NCBI GenBank assembly: GCA_002269645.1
Contig: NIVC01002493.1
Span: forward strand, 1-64,000
Direction: 5' to 3'
Source: Macrostomum lignano
Taxonomy: Eukaryota
Length of the DNA stretch: 64,000 nt
Both the position numbers and the translations under genes were made by a program. The notes below the pieces were generated by a model. That model had not been told where the DNA came from. It was given only the letters and a program-made list of their open reading frames with translations, and did not search any database. This document shows, in pieces, positions 22,078 through 35,845 of the stretch (its first letter is position 1; every line of letters starts with the position of its first letter).

Positions 22078-23270
22078 ATAACTCTGACACTTCAGGGACA
22101 ATCCTGACACTTCTGGGATAACTCTGACACTTCTGAGATAGCTCTGACACTTCTGGGATAACTCTGACACTTCACGAATAACTCTGACACTTCAGGGATA
22201 ACTCTGACACTTCTGAGATAACTCTGACACTTCAGGGATAACTCTGACACTTCACGAATAACTCTGACACTTCACGAATAACTCTGACACTTCACGAATA
22301 AGTCTGACACCTCTAAGATAACTCTGACACTTCTGAGATAACTCTGACACTTCTGAGATAACTCTGACACTTTTAAGATAACTCTGACACTTCACGAATA
22401 AGTCTGACACCTCTAAGATAACTCTGACACTTTTAAGATAACTCTGACACTTCTGAGATAACTCTGACACTTTTAAGATAACTCTGACACTTCTGAGATA
22501 ACTCTGACACTTCTGAGATAACTCTGACACTTTTAAGATAACTCTGACACTTCTGAGATAACTCTGACACTTCTGAGATAACTCTGACACTTCTGAGATA
22601 ACTCTGACACTTCTGAGATAACTCTGACACTTCTGAGATAACTCTGACACTTCTGAGATAACTCTGACACTTCTGAGATAACTCTGACACTTCTGAGATA
22701 ACTCTGACACTTCTGAGATAACTCTGACACTTCTGAGATAACTCTGACACTTCTGAGATAACTCTGACACTTCTGAGATAACTCTGACACTTCTGAGATA
22801 ACTCTGACACTTTTAAGATAACTCTGACACTTCACGAATAAGTCTGACACCTCTAAGATAACTCTGACACTTTTAAGATAACTCTGACACTTCTGAGATA
22901 ACTCTGACACTTTTAAGATAACTCTGACACTTCTGAGATAACTCTAACACTTCTGAGATAACTCTGACACTTCTGAGATAACTCTGACACTTCTGAGATA
23001 ACTCTGACACTTCTGAGATAACTCTGACACTTCTGAGATAACTCTGACACTTCTGATATAACTCTGACACTTCTGAGATAACTCTAACACTTCTGAGATA
23101 ACTCTGACACTTCTGAGATAACTCTGACACTTCTGGGATAACTCTGACACTTCTGAGATAACTCTGACACTTCTGAGATAACTCTGACACTTCTGAGATA
23201 ACTCTGACACTTCTGAGATAACTCTGACACTTCACGAATAGCTCTGACACTTCTGAGATAAATCTGACAC
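22078..23270. repeat. 20-bp minisatellite (ACTCTGACACTTCTGAGATA)
   Basis: About 60 units. Confidence 0.98.
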
Positions 23271-23314
23271 CCCAGAAACTCCTCAGGAAACCCAGACTGC
23301 CCATAGACAGTCAA

Positions 23315-23750
23315 AGCAGACAGCTCATACATTACTCAGACAGCTCATACATTACTCAGACAGCTCATACATTACTCAGACAGCTCATACATTACTCAGA
23401 CAGCTCATACATTACTCAGACAGCTCATACATTACTCAGACAGCTCATACATTACTCAGACAGCTCATACATTACTCAGACAGCTCATACATTACCCAGA
23501 CAGCTCATACATTACTCAGACAGCTCATACATTACTCAGACAGCTCATACATTACTCAGACAGCTCATACATTACTCAGACAGCTCATACATTACTCAGA
23601 CAGCTCATACATTACTCAGACAGCTCATACATTACTCAGACAGCTCATACATTACTCAGACAGCTCATACATTACTCAGACAGCTCATACATTACTCAGA
23701 CAGCTCATACATTACTCAGACAGCTCATACATTACTCAGACAGCTCATAA
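23315..23750. repeat. 20-bp minisatellite (CAGCTCATACATTACTCAGA)
   Basis: About 21 near-identical units. Confidence 0.98.
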
Positions 23751-24064
23751 GCAACTGTCGAAAAAGTACAAGATTCGGTCATCTCTTCTTATCCGCTTCT
23801 CAGAAAGTGTCGAATTTCAAATACTCTCCACGACACGAAACAATATCGATTTTCTCATATTTTTTGCCACTTTTTTGTAATCAAAAAGGGATTAATATTG
23901 GAAGTAGTGTCCTCTTAACATAAGCCAACCCCACTGCGTGCCCTATCTTAGTGCTGTGTAGACTCTAGTGTACTACAGTTTAAAAGGTCTGGCATAGTGG
24001 GGGTGGGGGGGTCCCACTGCATACTAAACTCTGCCAAGTCTGCTTAACTCTGAGAGAGTCAGAG

Positions 24065-24955
24065 TGAGATGAGATGGAGAGATTCAAATTGAGGTGAGAT
24101 GGAGAGATTCAAATTGAGGTGAGATGGAGAGATTCAAATTGAGGTGAGATGGAGAGATTCAAATTGAGGTGAGATGGAGAGATTCAAATTGAGGTGAGAT
24201 GGAGAGATTCAAATTGAGATGAGATGGAGAGATTCAAATTGAGGTGAGATGGAGAGATTCAAATTGAGATGAGATGGAGAGATTCAAATTGAAATGAGAT
24301 GGAGAGATTCAAATTGAGGTGAGATGGAGAGATTCAAATTGAGATGAGATGGAGAGATTCAAATTGAAATGAGATGGAGAGATTCAAATTGAGGTGAGAT
24401 GGAGAGATTCAAATTGAGGTGAGATGGAGAGATTTAAATTGAGATGAGATGGAGAGATTCAAATTGAAATGAGATGGAGAGATTCAAATTGAGGTGAGAT
24501 GGAGAGATTCAAATTGAGGTGAGATGGAGAGATTTAAATTGAGATGAGATGGAGAGATTCAAATTGAAATGAGATGGAGAGATTCAAATTGAGGTGAGAT
24601 GGAGAGATTCAAATTGAGGTGAGATGGAGAGATTCAAATTGAGGTGAGATGGAGAGATTCAAATTGAGGTGAGATGCAGAGATTCAAATTGAGGTGAGAT
24701 GGAGAGATTTAAATTGAGATGAGATGGAGAGATTCAAATTGAAATGAGATGGAGAGATTCAAATTGAGGTGAGATGGAGAGATTCAAATTGAGGTAAGAT
24801 GGAGAGATTCAAATTGAGGTGAGATGGAGAGATTCAAATTGAGGTGAGATGCAGAGATTCAAATTGAGGTGAGATGCAGAGATTCAAATTGAGGTGAGAT
24901 GGAGAGATTTAAATTGAGGTGAGATGGAGAGATTCAAATTGAGGTGAGATGGGGA
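24065..24955. repeat. 25-bp minisatellite (GAGATGGAGAGATTCAAATTGAGGT)
   Basis: Period of 25. Confidence 0.97.
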
Positions 24956-25310
24956 GAGTCAGAGTGAGATGAGGAGAATCGGAGTGAGATGAGGAGAATC
25001 AGAGCGAGATGAGGAGAATCGGAGTGAGATGAAGAGAGTCAGAGTGAGATAAGGAGAGTTAGAGTGAGATGAAGAGAGTCAGAGTGAGATAAGGAGAGTT
25101 AGAGTGAGATGAAGAGAGTCAGAGTGAGATAAGGAGAGTTAGAGTGAGATGAAGAGAGTCAGAGTGAGATAAGGAGAGTTAGAGTGAGATGAAGAGAGTC
25201 AGAGTGAGATAAGGAGAGTTAGAGTGAGATGAGGAGAGTCAGAGTGAGATGAGGAGAGTCAGAGTGAGATGAGGAGAGTCAGAGCGAGATGAGGAGAGTC
25301 GGAGTGAGAT
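24955..25310. repeat. 20-bp minisatellite (AGAGTGAGATGAAGAGAGTC)
   Basis: Directly abuts the previous array. Confidence 0.95.
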
Positions 25311-25405
25311 TCCCGTGAAAAGAGTCTGAGTAGGGTTAGATGAAGAGAAATGATGAAGAGCGAGAAAGATCTGATTCAAAACAAGGAAACAGCAGCCAGT
25401 CTCAC

Positions 25406-25541
25406 CCAGAATGTAGTCCACCTCAACCTCAATCAGGTATCGATTGTCAGAGAATGGAGCCAGAGCATTTCTGGCGGTGCCACTGGCATTGAGGCTGGCA
25501 GCGGACAGCATTGCAAGCAGAATGCTAGCAGCCGAATGCAT
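25406..25541 (-). CDS. Candidate first exon with signal-peptide-like N-terminus
   Basis: ATG at 25541 gives MHSAASILLAMLSAASLNASGTARNALAPFSDNRYLIEVEVDYIL, ending at a phase-1 donor CTGG|gtgaga. Confidence 0.28.
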
Positions 25542-26079
25542 GAAGGTCCGGTGCCACACAACGCGAGGTGTCTCTTTAAGACCTCGATTTCCTCCGCGTC
25601 AGCTCCCAATAACTAATTTGCAGAAAAACTTTTTTGACATTAAAAAAGCTTTCAAAAAGAAACTGACAAATTCAAAAAATCAATTTTTTTAGCGACTTGA
25701 CACGGAAAACCGGAAAGAGCGGCCGCCCCCTGTTTACTGAGGCTGCGAAAGTCAAGAAAAGACGCAGACGCCCCCAGGCCGCGTGTCAACTGTGTGGAAC
25801 TTTTTGACTGGAAAAGAGGAGCTGATTTTGGGTTGGGAGACTGCAAGCTAAAGGAGGGGTTGAGCACTGACTCAATGTGAGTACACACGACTCTGGTTGG
25901 CTGGTGAGAGGGGTGTTACATGGGAAGTATCCCTCCCTCCTTCCCCATTCAAACTCAGTTGCTTGGGTCCTGATGAAGGGTTTGTGACATGGACAGGGGC
26001 GAGGATGAGCCGGGGGACAAGCCAATGCTTTGTCACCTGGTGACCCGTTATTGAAATCAATACTTTCGTTTCTGGGCGC

Positions 26080-26755
26080 CAAAATATACCGCCATAAGCG
26101 CAAAAATGAGTGTCTGCTTTCGGCGCCAAGATGAGTGTCTGCTTTCGGCGCCAAAATGAGTGTCTGCTTTCGGCGCTAAAATGAGTGTCTGCTTTCGGCG
26201 CTAAAATGAGTGTCTGCTTTCGGCGCCAAAATGAGTGTCTGCTTTCGGCGCTAAAATGAGTGTCTGCTTTCGGCGTCAAAATGAGTGTCTGCTTTCGGCG
26301 CCAAAATGAGTGCCCGCCTGCGGCGCCAAAATAAGTGCCTGCGGCGCTAAAATGAGTGCCTCTCTGCGGCGCTAAAATAAGTGCCTGTCTGCGGCGCTAA
26401 AATGAGTGCCTGCGGCGCTAAAATGAGTGCCTGCGGCGCTAAAATGAGTGCCTGCGGCGTTAAAATGAGTGCCTGCGGCTCCAAAATAAATGCCTGTGGC
26501 GCCAAAATAAATGCCTGTGGCGCCAAAATAAGTGCCTGCGGCGCTAAAATGAGTGCCTGTCTGCGGCGCTAAAATGAGTGCCTGCGGCTCCAAAATAAAT
26601 GCCTGTGGCGCCAAAATGAGTGCCCGCCTGCGGCGCTAAAATGAGTGCCTGTCTGCGGCGCTAAAACAAGTGCCTGCGGCGCTAAAATGAGTTCCTGCGG
26701 CGCTAAAATAAGTGCCTGTCTGCGGCGCTAAAATGAGTGTCTGCGGCGCTAAAAT
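26080..26755. repeat. 21/25-bp minisatellite (CGGCGCCAAAATGAGTGTCTGCTTT and TGCGGCGCTAAAATGAGTGCC)
   Basis: Reverse complement of the family at 140 and 1245. Confidence 0.94.
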
Positions 26756-26869
26756 AAAAATGAAAACTTTTGGAAACATCCAAAAAATTGATTTGCTTTT
26801 CTTTTTTCAAACTCTATTTTCGATAAAATTGTCGTGCAGCCACCACCAAATCCGGCTGGAATGGCGTCA

Positions 26870-27065
26870 CAGAGATGGCGCTAAAGACTGGAAATGGCAC
26901 CAAATACGAAAAGTGGCATCCGAACTGGGGCAAATGGCGCCAAAAGGATTAGAGATGGTGCCAAAGGTGGCAAATGGCGCCAAAGGTGGCAAATGGCGCC
27001 AAGGTATCTATGAAATGGCGCCAAAGTTGGCAAATGGCGATAAAAGTTGGAAATTGGCGACAAAA
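26870..27065. repeat. Short degenerate ATGGCGCCAA repeat cluster
   Basis: Repeated (AA)ATGGCGCCAA(A)GGTGGCA. Confidence 0.75.
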
Positions 27066-27519
27066 AAGGGAAATTGGGAAAAAAGGGAAAAAAGGGAAAC
27101 TGCACTACTTAGAGTAGAAATGTAGAAATATAAAATTTCGCGAGTTTTATCAGATTAATTACATTTCAAATTAGCCGAAAAAAACTGTCTTCGTTTCGCG
27201 CTAAACTAGATTGTTTATCAATCATAAAAGCTGCGAAATCTTCTTGCCGCTAGCAAAAAAAAATTTAAGCACCTGAGACTCCAAGGAAAATTGCCGGGAG
27301 GATTGTCGGACACAGAAAAACAGCAATTTTGTGACAATTTTCTGCCCCTAAAAGACAACATCTGCTGGCCAACCAATTTTTCTGCTTTCTGGTACAAATT
27401 ATCTATGATAGAAGCTTTTCTCTTCCGGAAGAAAATTGCTAAAGCAGTTTTTGTTAAATTACTTGTTTGTATGTGTTCCTGGCACATAGGGAAATTTGTG
27501 TCCATACTCCTCTATCATC

Positions 27520-29215
27520 TCCTACATCACCCTCCTTCTCACTCTCTCATTCTCCCTCACTCTCTACTTATCTCATTCTCTCCTCAACTCACTCTCTTAC
27601 CATCTCACTCTCTCCTCATCTCACTATCTCACCATCTCACTCTTTCACCATCTCACTCTCACTATCTTACTCTCACCATCTCACTCTCTCCTCATGTCCC
27701 TTTCTCACAATCTCACTCTCACCATCTGACTCTCACAATCTCACTCTCTCTCCATATCACTCTCTCCGCATTTCACTCTCATCATCTCATTCTCTCTCCA
27801 TCTCACTCTCTCCTCATTTCACTCTCATCATCTCACTCTCTCTCCATCTCACTCTCTCCTCATTTCACTCTCATCATCTCACTCTCTCTCCATCTCACTC
27901 TCTCCTCATTTCACTCTCATCATCTCACTCTCTCTCCATCTCACTCTCTCCTCATTTCACTCTCATCATCTCACTCTCTCCTCATTTCACTCTCATCATC
28001 TCACTCTCTCCTCATTTCACTCTCATCATCTCACTCTCTCCTTATCTCACTCTCTCCATCTCACTCTCTCCTCATCTAACTCTCTCACAATCTCACTCTC
28101 ACCATCTTATTCTCATTATCTCACTCTCTTACAATCTCACTCTCTCCTCATATCCCTTTCTCACAATCTCACTCTCACCATCTTACTATCTCTCCATATC
28201 ACTCTCTCCTCATTTCACTCTCATCATCTCACTCTCTCCTTATCTCACTCTCTCCTCATTTCACTCTCATCATCTCACTCTCTCTCCATCTCACTCTCTC
28301 CTCATTTCACTCTCATCATTTCACTCTCTCCTTATCTCACTCTCTCTCCATCTCACTCTCTCCTCATTTCACTCTCATCATTTCACTCTCTCTTCATCTC
28401 ACTCTCTCCTCATTTCACTCTCATCATCTCACTCTCTCCTTATCTCACTATCTCTCCATCTCACTCTCTCCTCATTTCACTCTCATCATCTCACTCTCTC
28501 TTCATCTCACTCTCTCCTCATTTCACTCTCATCATCTCACTCTCCCCTTATCTCACTCTCTCCACATTTCACTCTCATCATCTCACTCTCTCCTTATCTC
28601 ACTCTCTCTCCATCTCACTCTCTCTTCATTTCACTCTCATCATTTCACTCTCTCTTCATCTCACTCTCTCCTCATTTCACTCTCATCATCTCACTCTCTC
28701 TCCATCTCACTCTCTCCTCATTTCACTCTCATCATCTCACTCTCTCCTCATTTCACTCTCATCATCTCACTCTCTCCTTATCTCACTCTCTCTCCATCTC
28801 ACTCTCTCCTCATTTCACTCTCATCATTTCACTCTCTCTTCATCTCACTCTCTCCTCATTTCACTCTCATCATCTCACTCTCTCCTTATCTCACTCTCTC
28901 TCCATCTCACTCTCTCCTCATTTCACTCTCATCATTTCACTCTCTCTTCATCTCACTCTCTCCTCATTTCACTCTCATCATCTCACTCTCTCTCCATCTC
29001 ACTCTCTCCTCATTTCACTCTCATCATCTCACTCTCTCCTTATCTCACTCTCTCTCCATCTCACTCTCTCCTCATTTCACTCTCATCATCTCACTCTCTC
29101 CTTATCTCACTCTCTCCTTATCTCACTCTCTCTCCATCTCACTCTCTCTCCATCTCACTCTCTCTCCATCTCACTCTCTCCCCAACTCACTCTCTCCTCA
29201 TCCCACTCTCTCATC
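27520..29215. repeat. CT-rich compound minisatellite (CTCACTCTCTCCTCATTTCACTCTCATCAT)
   Basis: About 1.7 kb of tandem 15-16 bp subunits. Confidence 0.95.
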
Positions 29216-30384
29216 ATCTGCCCCTGAGTGTGCAGTACTTGACAGCAATCAATCACAAAGCAAGGGAGGCTCACCAGCATAGACAGTGACATCAGAAATC
29301 TTCAGTTCCACCATTGGCTGAGCAAAGCTATGGCTAAAAACCATCTTACGATTGTTGAATATAGAATTTTGGAAATTCAACTTCGCTTTTGAGAGGTAGA
29401 AAACGATGTTAACTAAGGGATAATTTTATACAACTCTGCCGATAGCTCCAAACCCATGAATGGGGCTAGTTGCTGTCCATTGGCTCTGCTGAGACTTCTC
29501 TCTCTCTCTCCCTCCCAACCCCACCCTGGACAGCGCGGCTCAGCTCAAAAAAGGAACCAGCTGAGCATCCGTTTCTTCCTATATAAATATATTCCGATGA
29601 CATTTGCTAACTAGCTGATGTATTTTATTGACCACTTCAGATTTAACGGACCGATATAAGAGTGTATTTGTTCTCTGATTTTTCAGTGCTAGCTCCGATT
29701 CTGTCGATTGCTGTGAACGCATCTTAGAATAGAGGGGAGAGGTGAGAGAAGACACGATAGAAGGAAAGATAGGACAGTACAGCGATGAGAGATAAGATGG
29801 GGAGAAGAGAGGAGAGAGGAGTAGATAAAGGAGAGGAGAGGGGAGAGAGAGGGGAGAGAAGAGAAGAGAGGAGAAGGGAGAGAAGAGATGCAACTTGCCA
29901 GACCCTGGGTGACCTTTGCCTTAGCGAAAGCCAATGAGGTTATCTGAAGTCACAGCCAAGGTTGCATCAAGCTTCACTTGCAGTGCATATTGTGTCTCTT
30001 TTACTCTGATACAAGTTAATAATATACGAGCTAGTTGCCGCTTGCAGCTTCATCTGCCTAATTAATTATGCATCGGAGAGGCTGGTTGGGAAATTTGTTG
30101 CATCATCTAGACTCAAAAATACCGAAGCTCGAACGCGGAACCGAATTCTATAAAGTCGTAAAAGCACTGGCTGTTCCTGACCCTACTGTTATACACTGCT
30201 GTGTTACAAGACTCCCAGATGGGAATTCAAGCCAGACTGATAGCCGATAGCCTGTCTCGAGGTGCTAATGGATAGAAACGGGAGTGTGTCAAAGTTCGTT
30301 AACCAAATCGGGGTTGCTGAACCGCCACTTGGCATATTAACGATAAAATTCGGGCTGCTTCTGGGCCCAAAAGGTCGGCCCTTT

Positions 30385-31600
30385 ATGTCTGTTGTGGCGC
30401 TAAAATCAAAGTCGGAGATGGCGCCAACACAATCAAAGTCAGAGACAGCGCCGACACATTCAAAGTCAGACACGACGCCAACACTATCAAAGTCACAGAC
30501 GGCGCCAACACATTCAAAGTCACAGACGGCGCCAACACATTCAAAGTCACAGACGGCGCCAACACATTCAAAGTCACAGACGGCGCCAACACAATCGAAG
30601 TCAGACACGGCGCCAACACAATCGAAGTCAGACACGGCGCCAACACAATCGAAATCAGACACGGCGCCAACACAATCAAAGTCAGACACGGCGCCAACAC
30701 AATCAAAGTCAGACACGGCGCCAACGCAATCAAAGTCAGACACGGCGCCACAACAATCAAAGTCAGACACGGCGCCAACACAATCGAAATCAGACACGGC
30801 GCCAACACAATCAAAGTCAGACACGGCGCCAACACAATCAAAGTCAGACACGGCGCCAACACAATCAAAGTCAGACACGGCGCCAACGCAATCAAAGTCA
30901 GACACGGCGCCACAACAATCAAAGTCAGACACGGCGCCAACACAATCGAAGTCAGACACGGCGCCAACACAATCAAAGTCAGACACGGCGCCAACACTAT
31001 CAAAGTCAGACACGGCGCCAACACAATCGAAGTCAGACACGGCGCCAACACAATCAAAGTCAGACACGGCGCCAACACAATCGAAGTCAGACACGGCGCC
31101 AACACAATCGAAATCAGACACGGCGCCAACACAATCAAAGTCAGACACGGCGCCAACGCAATCAAAGTCAGACACGGCGCCACAACAATCAAAGTCAGAC
31201 ACGGCGCCAACACAATCGAAGTCAGACACGGCGCCACAACAATTAAAGTCAGACACGGCGCCAACGCAATCAAAGTCAGACACGGCGCCACAACAATCAA
31301 AGTCAGACACGGCGCCAACGCAATCAAAGTCAGACACGGCGCCACAACAATCAAAGTCAGACACGGCGCCAACACAATCGAAGTCAGACACGGCGCCAAC
31401 ACAATCGAAGTCAGACACGGCGCCAACACAATCAAAGTCAGACACGGCGCCAACACTATCAAAGTCAGACACGGCGCCAACACAATCAAAGTCAGACACG
31501 GCGCCAACACAATCAATGTCAGATACGGCGCCAACACAATCAAAGTCAGACACGGCGCCAACACAATCAAAGTCACAGACGGCGCCAACACAATCGAAGT
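30385..31600. repeat. 27-bp minisatellite (ACGGCGCCAACACAATCAAAGTCAGAC)
   Basis: About 45 units; source of the SKSDTAPTQ pseudo-ORF. Confidence 0.98.
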
Positions 31601-32059
31601 CAATAGAAAATTTCGAGTTCTCCCAAAACTGACAATAAAAAGACGCTATTTTGAAAATAACTGATGACCCCGAGTCTGAGTAGTCCCTTTAAGCTCAGTG
31701 GACATCAACAGTGTTTTGTTTAGTTTGCGTGACATTGTATCGTCTACCGTCACCTTTTACGAATTGATCACGCCAGCTAAAAGCAATACTGAAAAACCCT
31801 AAGCTTGGGTCATTACCATCCGTTTGTGCTTTGTTTTTTTCAGTCAACTTTTTTGGAATATTGAGAACTTATTGCCGCTTCTGATGCGAGCGTACAAGTG
31901 CGCAGTTCTGAGGGGTGTGGACTGCAGCGACTGATGCGGACATCTCTGTGGCGTCTCGTGCAATACTTCTTTCTTCTCATTCACATTTCTCTTCCCTGCT
32001 CCATCTTTTTTCTCTGATGTCTTCCAGCATCCTAAATTATATATAAAATTGTATATTTC

Positions 32060-32720
32060 TCTCTATCTTTCCTTCTTTTCTTTCGCTATTGTCCCCTTTC
32101 CTCTCTTCTCTCATCCCTCCCCTCTTCTCTCTCTACTCTCTCCCCTCTCCTCCTTGCTCTCTCCTAGCTCTCTCCTCTCCCCTCTCCTCTCCGATCTTCT
32201 CCTTTCCCCTCTTCTCTCTATACTTTCTAGTATCTGCTCTATCTCCGCTCATCTCCTCTCTCCTCTCTGCTCTCTCTCCTAGCTCTCTCCTCTCTCTCCC
32301 CTCTCCTCTCTCTCCTCTCCTCTCTCTCCCCTCTCCTCTCTCTCCCCTCTCCCCTCTCCTCTCCCCTCTCCTCTCCTCTCTCCTCTCTCTCCCTTCTCCT
32401 CTCCGATCTTCTCCTTTTCCCCTCTTCTCTCCGATCTTCTCCTTCCCCTCTTCTCTCCGATCTTCTCCTTTCCCCTCTTCTCTCCGATCTTCTCCTTTCC
32501 CCTCTTCTCTCCGATCTTCTCCTTTCCCCTCTTCTCTCCGATCTTCTCCTTTCCCCTCTTCTCTCCGATCTTCTCCTTTCCCCTCTTCTCTCTGTACCTT
32601 TTAGTCTCTGCTCTATCTCCGCTCATCTCCTCTCTCCTCTCTTTTCCCCTCTCCATTTTCTCTTCTGTCTTCCAGCTCCCTCATTTCCTCTCATCCATCT
32701 CCTTTATCTTCGCCCCTCTT
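32060..32720. repeat. CT-rich low complexity with 27-bp units (CCGATCTTCTCCTTTCCCCTCTTCTCT)
   Basis: Tandem units at 32400-32590. Confidence 0.9.
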
Positions 32721-33314
32721 TTAGCTTTCCCAACCCCACTAGGATCATTCAATTCACAGAGGGGAAAAACTACGAGTACCACTTGATATCCGACATCAGC
32801 ACAAAAATGAGCCTTCCCAGTAATAAAAGCACAATCAGGTACACAAGATGAACTTTTCAATCAGAAAACAACACAATTTAAACTCAATAGTAGTATAATT
32901 AAAGTTCAACTCTGGACCAGTTTTTCCCGGAGCTGAGCAAACTCTGGGGAGAGATGGTCAGCTCGCATACCAAACAGTCCCGACCCCCGGAGGGCCCATC
33001 CATGCAGCCAGAGAGAGTGGATAAGCAAAACCAGGCCACAAAGTCGAAGTGGATGGAGCAACCATCAGACCGATTAAAAAGCAGAGCAGGACGGGATGCC
33101 ATGCCTCCGCTAAAGCAAAAGAGGAGAGCTCGTCCGCAATTTTCTTCTCCCAACTCATCCTTTCTCGAGTGTGTGTTGAAAAGAAATGATTTCTGTTCGC
33201 CCCGGCCTGTCTACACATTTTGCAGTTCCAAGTCTCGTCTCCGAAGGCCATAAAAAGCTGTAGCCTATAGAGAGTGGTTTGGACTAAAATTAGTGCATAT
33301 AGGGCGCTAGAATT

Positions 33315-34190
33315 GCGGTGTCTGTTGTGGCGCTCTCCAGTGTGTTGTGACAATCTCTAGTGCCTGTTGTGATGCTATTCAGTGTGTTGTGACAATCTCT
33401 AGTGCCTGTTGTGATGCTATTCAGTGTGTTGTGACAATCTCTAGTGCCTGTTGTGATGCTATTCAGTGTGTTGTGACAATCTCTAGTGCCTGTTGTGATG
33501 CTATTCAGTGTGTTGTCGCGCTCACTAGTGCCTGTTGTGACGCTATTCAGTGTGTTGTGACAATCTCTAGTGCCTGTTGTGATGCTATTCAGTGTGTTGT
33601 CGCGCTCACTAGTGCCTGTTGTGACGCTATTCAGTGTGTTGTGACAATCTCTAGTGCCTGTTGTGATGCTATTCAGTGTGTTGTGACAATCTCTAGTGCC
33701 TGTTGTGATGCTATTCAGTGTGTTGTGACAATCTCTAGTGCCTGTTGTGATGCTATTCAGTGTGTTGTCGCGCTCACTAGTGCCTGTTGTGACGCTATTC
33801 AGTGTGTTGTGACAATCTCTAGTGCCTGTTGTGATGCTATTCAGTGTGTTGTCGCGCTCACTAGTGCCTGTTGTGGCGCTCTCCAGTGTGTTGTGACAAT
33901 CTCTAGTGCCTGTTGTGGCACTTTCCAGTGTGTTGTGGCGCTCACTAGTGCCTTTTGTGGCGCTCTCCAGTGCCTGTTGTGGCGCTCTTCAGTCTGTTGT
34001 GGCGCTCTTCAGTGTGTTATGGCGCTTACTAGTGCCTTTTGTGGCGCTCTTCAGTGTGTTGTGGCGCTCTTCAGTGTGTTGTGGCGCTCTCCAGTGAGTT
34101 GTGGCACTTATATGATAGTGTCTGTTGTGCCGCTAATATTTCAGTGTCTTTACCGTTGTGGCGCTCTACAGCGTCTGTTGTGGCGCTAAA
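33315..34190. repeat. 42-bp (2x21) minisatellite (TGTGTTGTGACAATCTCTAGTGCCTGTTGTGATGCTATTCAG) grading into TGTTGTGGCGCT units
   Basis: Tandem units. Confidence 0.94.
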
Positions 34191-34375
34191 GACAGAGACG
34201 GCGCCAACACAATCAAAGTCAGACACGGCGCCAACACAATCAAAGTCAGACACGGCACCACAACAATCAAGGTCAGACACGGCGCTACAACAATCAAAGT
34301 CAGACACGGCGCCAACACAATCAAAGTCAGACACGGCGCCACAACAGTCAAAGTCAAAGACGGCGCCACTAAAAT
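34190..34375. repeat. Second copy of the 27-bp array seen at 30385
   Basis: About 6 units of ACGGCGCCA(AC/CA)ACAATCAAAGTCAGAC. Confidence 0.93.
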
Positions 34376-34849
34376 CAACGTCTGCTACAGTAAAAGTCTA
34401 AAAAAATGGGCAGACATGTTTAACGAGATCTTACCAGAAATGTCATCCATCTTTGCCAATGAGCCGTCACGCTGAAATCCTTTGTTCAAAAAGTCGCCCT
34501 AATTTTTGGTAAAAAAGACACTGGCAGCCTAACTACCGACAGTCCCCCGTTCTGCATCCGAGTTATAAAAATATGCGCAGCGCACTTCGAATTTGGGGCT
34601 TGGGGGTTGCTGTGTTGTGGATGGGAACTGACTGGACAGTGTTCACTGGAAGCGCGCGAGGGGTTGAGATAAAGAGTCGATAGATCGATTCAATTATGAA
34701 TATTTTAGAGTGAACCCGCGCTTATTTCGGCAGACTCAGCTTCGCGAGCTTCATTAAGCCTTCGCGTCAGTTGACGAGCTAAAGGACACTTTCTAATCCG
34801 GGAGCTTTGGCAATGCCAACATCTGCCGCAGTCGCTTTTAAACAATAGA

Positions 34850-35845
34850 TGAACTCTCTCCTGATCTACCAGTCACTGTCCCCTGATCTACCAGTCACTC
34901 TCTCCTGATCTACTAGTCACTCTCTCCTGATCTACCAGTCACTCTCTCCTGATCTACCAGTCACTGTCCCCTGATTTACCAGTCACTCTCTCCTGATCTA
35001 CCAGTCACTGTCCCCTGATCTACCTGTCACTCTCCCCTGATCTACCTGTCACTCTCTCCTGATCTACCTGTCACTCTCTCCTGATCTACCTGTCACTCTC
35101 TCCTGATCTACCTGTCACTCTCTACTGATCTACCAGTCACTGTCCCGTGATCTACCAGTCCCTGTCCCGTGATCTACCAGTCACTGTCCCGTGATCTACC
35201 AGTCACTGTCCCGTGATCTACCAGTCACTGTCCCGTGATCTACCAGTCACTGTCCCCTGATCTACCTGTCACTCCCCTGATCTACCTGTCACTGTCCCGT
35301 GATCTACCAGTCACTGTCCCGTGATCTACCAGTCACTGTCCCCTGATCTACCTGTCACTCCCCTGATCTACCTGTCACTCTCTCCTGATCTACCTGTCAC
35401 TCTCTACTGATGTACCAGTCACTCTCTACTGATCTACCAGTCACTGTCCTCTGATCTACCAGTCACTGTCCCGTGATCTACCAGCCACTGTCCCCTGATC
35501 TACCAGTCACTGTCCCCTGATCTACCAGTCACTGTCCCCTGATCTACCAGTCACTCTCTCCTGATCTACCTGTCACTGTAATGTGATCTACCAGTCACTG
35601 TCCCGTGTTCTACCAGTCACTGTCCCCTGATGTACCCAGGCCCTCTCTCCTGATCTACCAGTCACTCTACCCTGACCTACCCGTCACTCTCTCCTGATCT
35701 ACCAGTCACTCTACCCTGACCTACCCGTCACTCTCTCCTGATCTACCAGTCACTCTACCCTGACCTACCCGTCACTCTCTCCTGATCTACCAGTCACTCT
35801 ACCCTGACCTACCCGTCACTCTCTCCTGATCTACCAGTCCCTCTC
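34850..35845. repeat. 22-bp minisatellite (CTGATCTACCAGTCACTCTCTC)
   Basis: Period of 22. Confidence 0.96.

Noticed and set aside
30262-31632. 456-aa mucin-like ORF (SKSDTAPTQ)n
   Set aside because: A 27-bp unit keeps frames open on both strands, there is no splice or homology context, and the same unit recurs at 34190.
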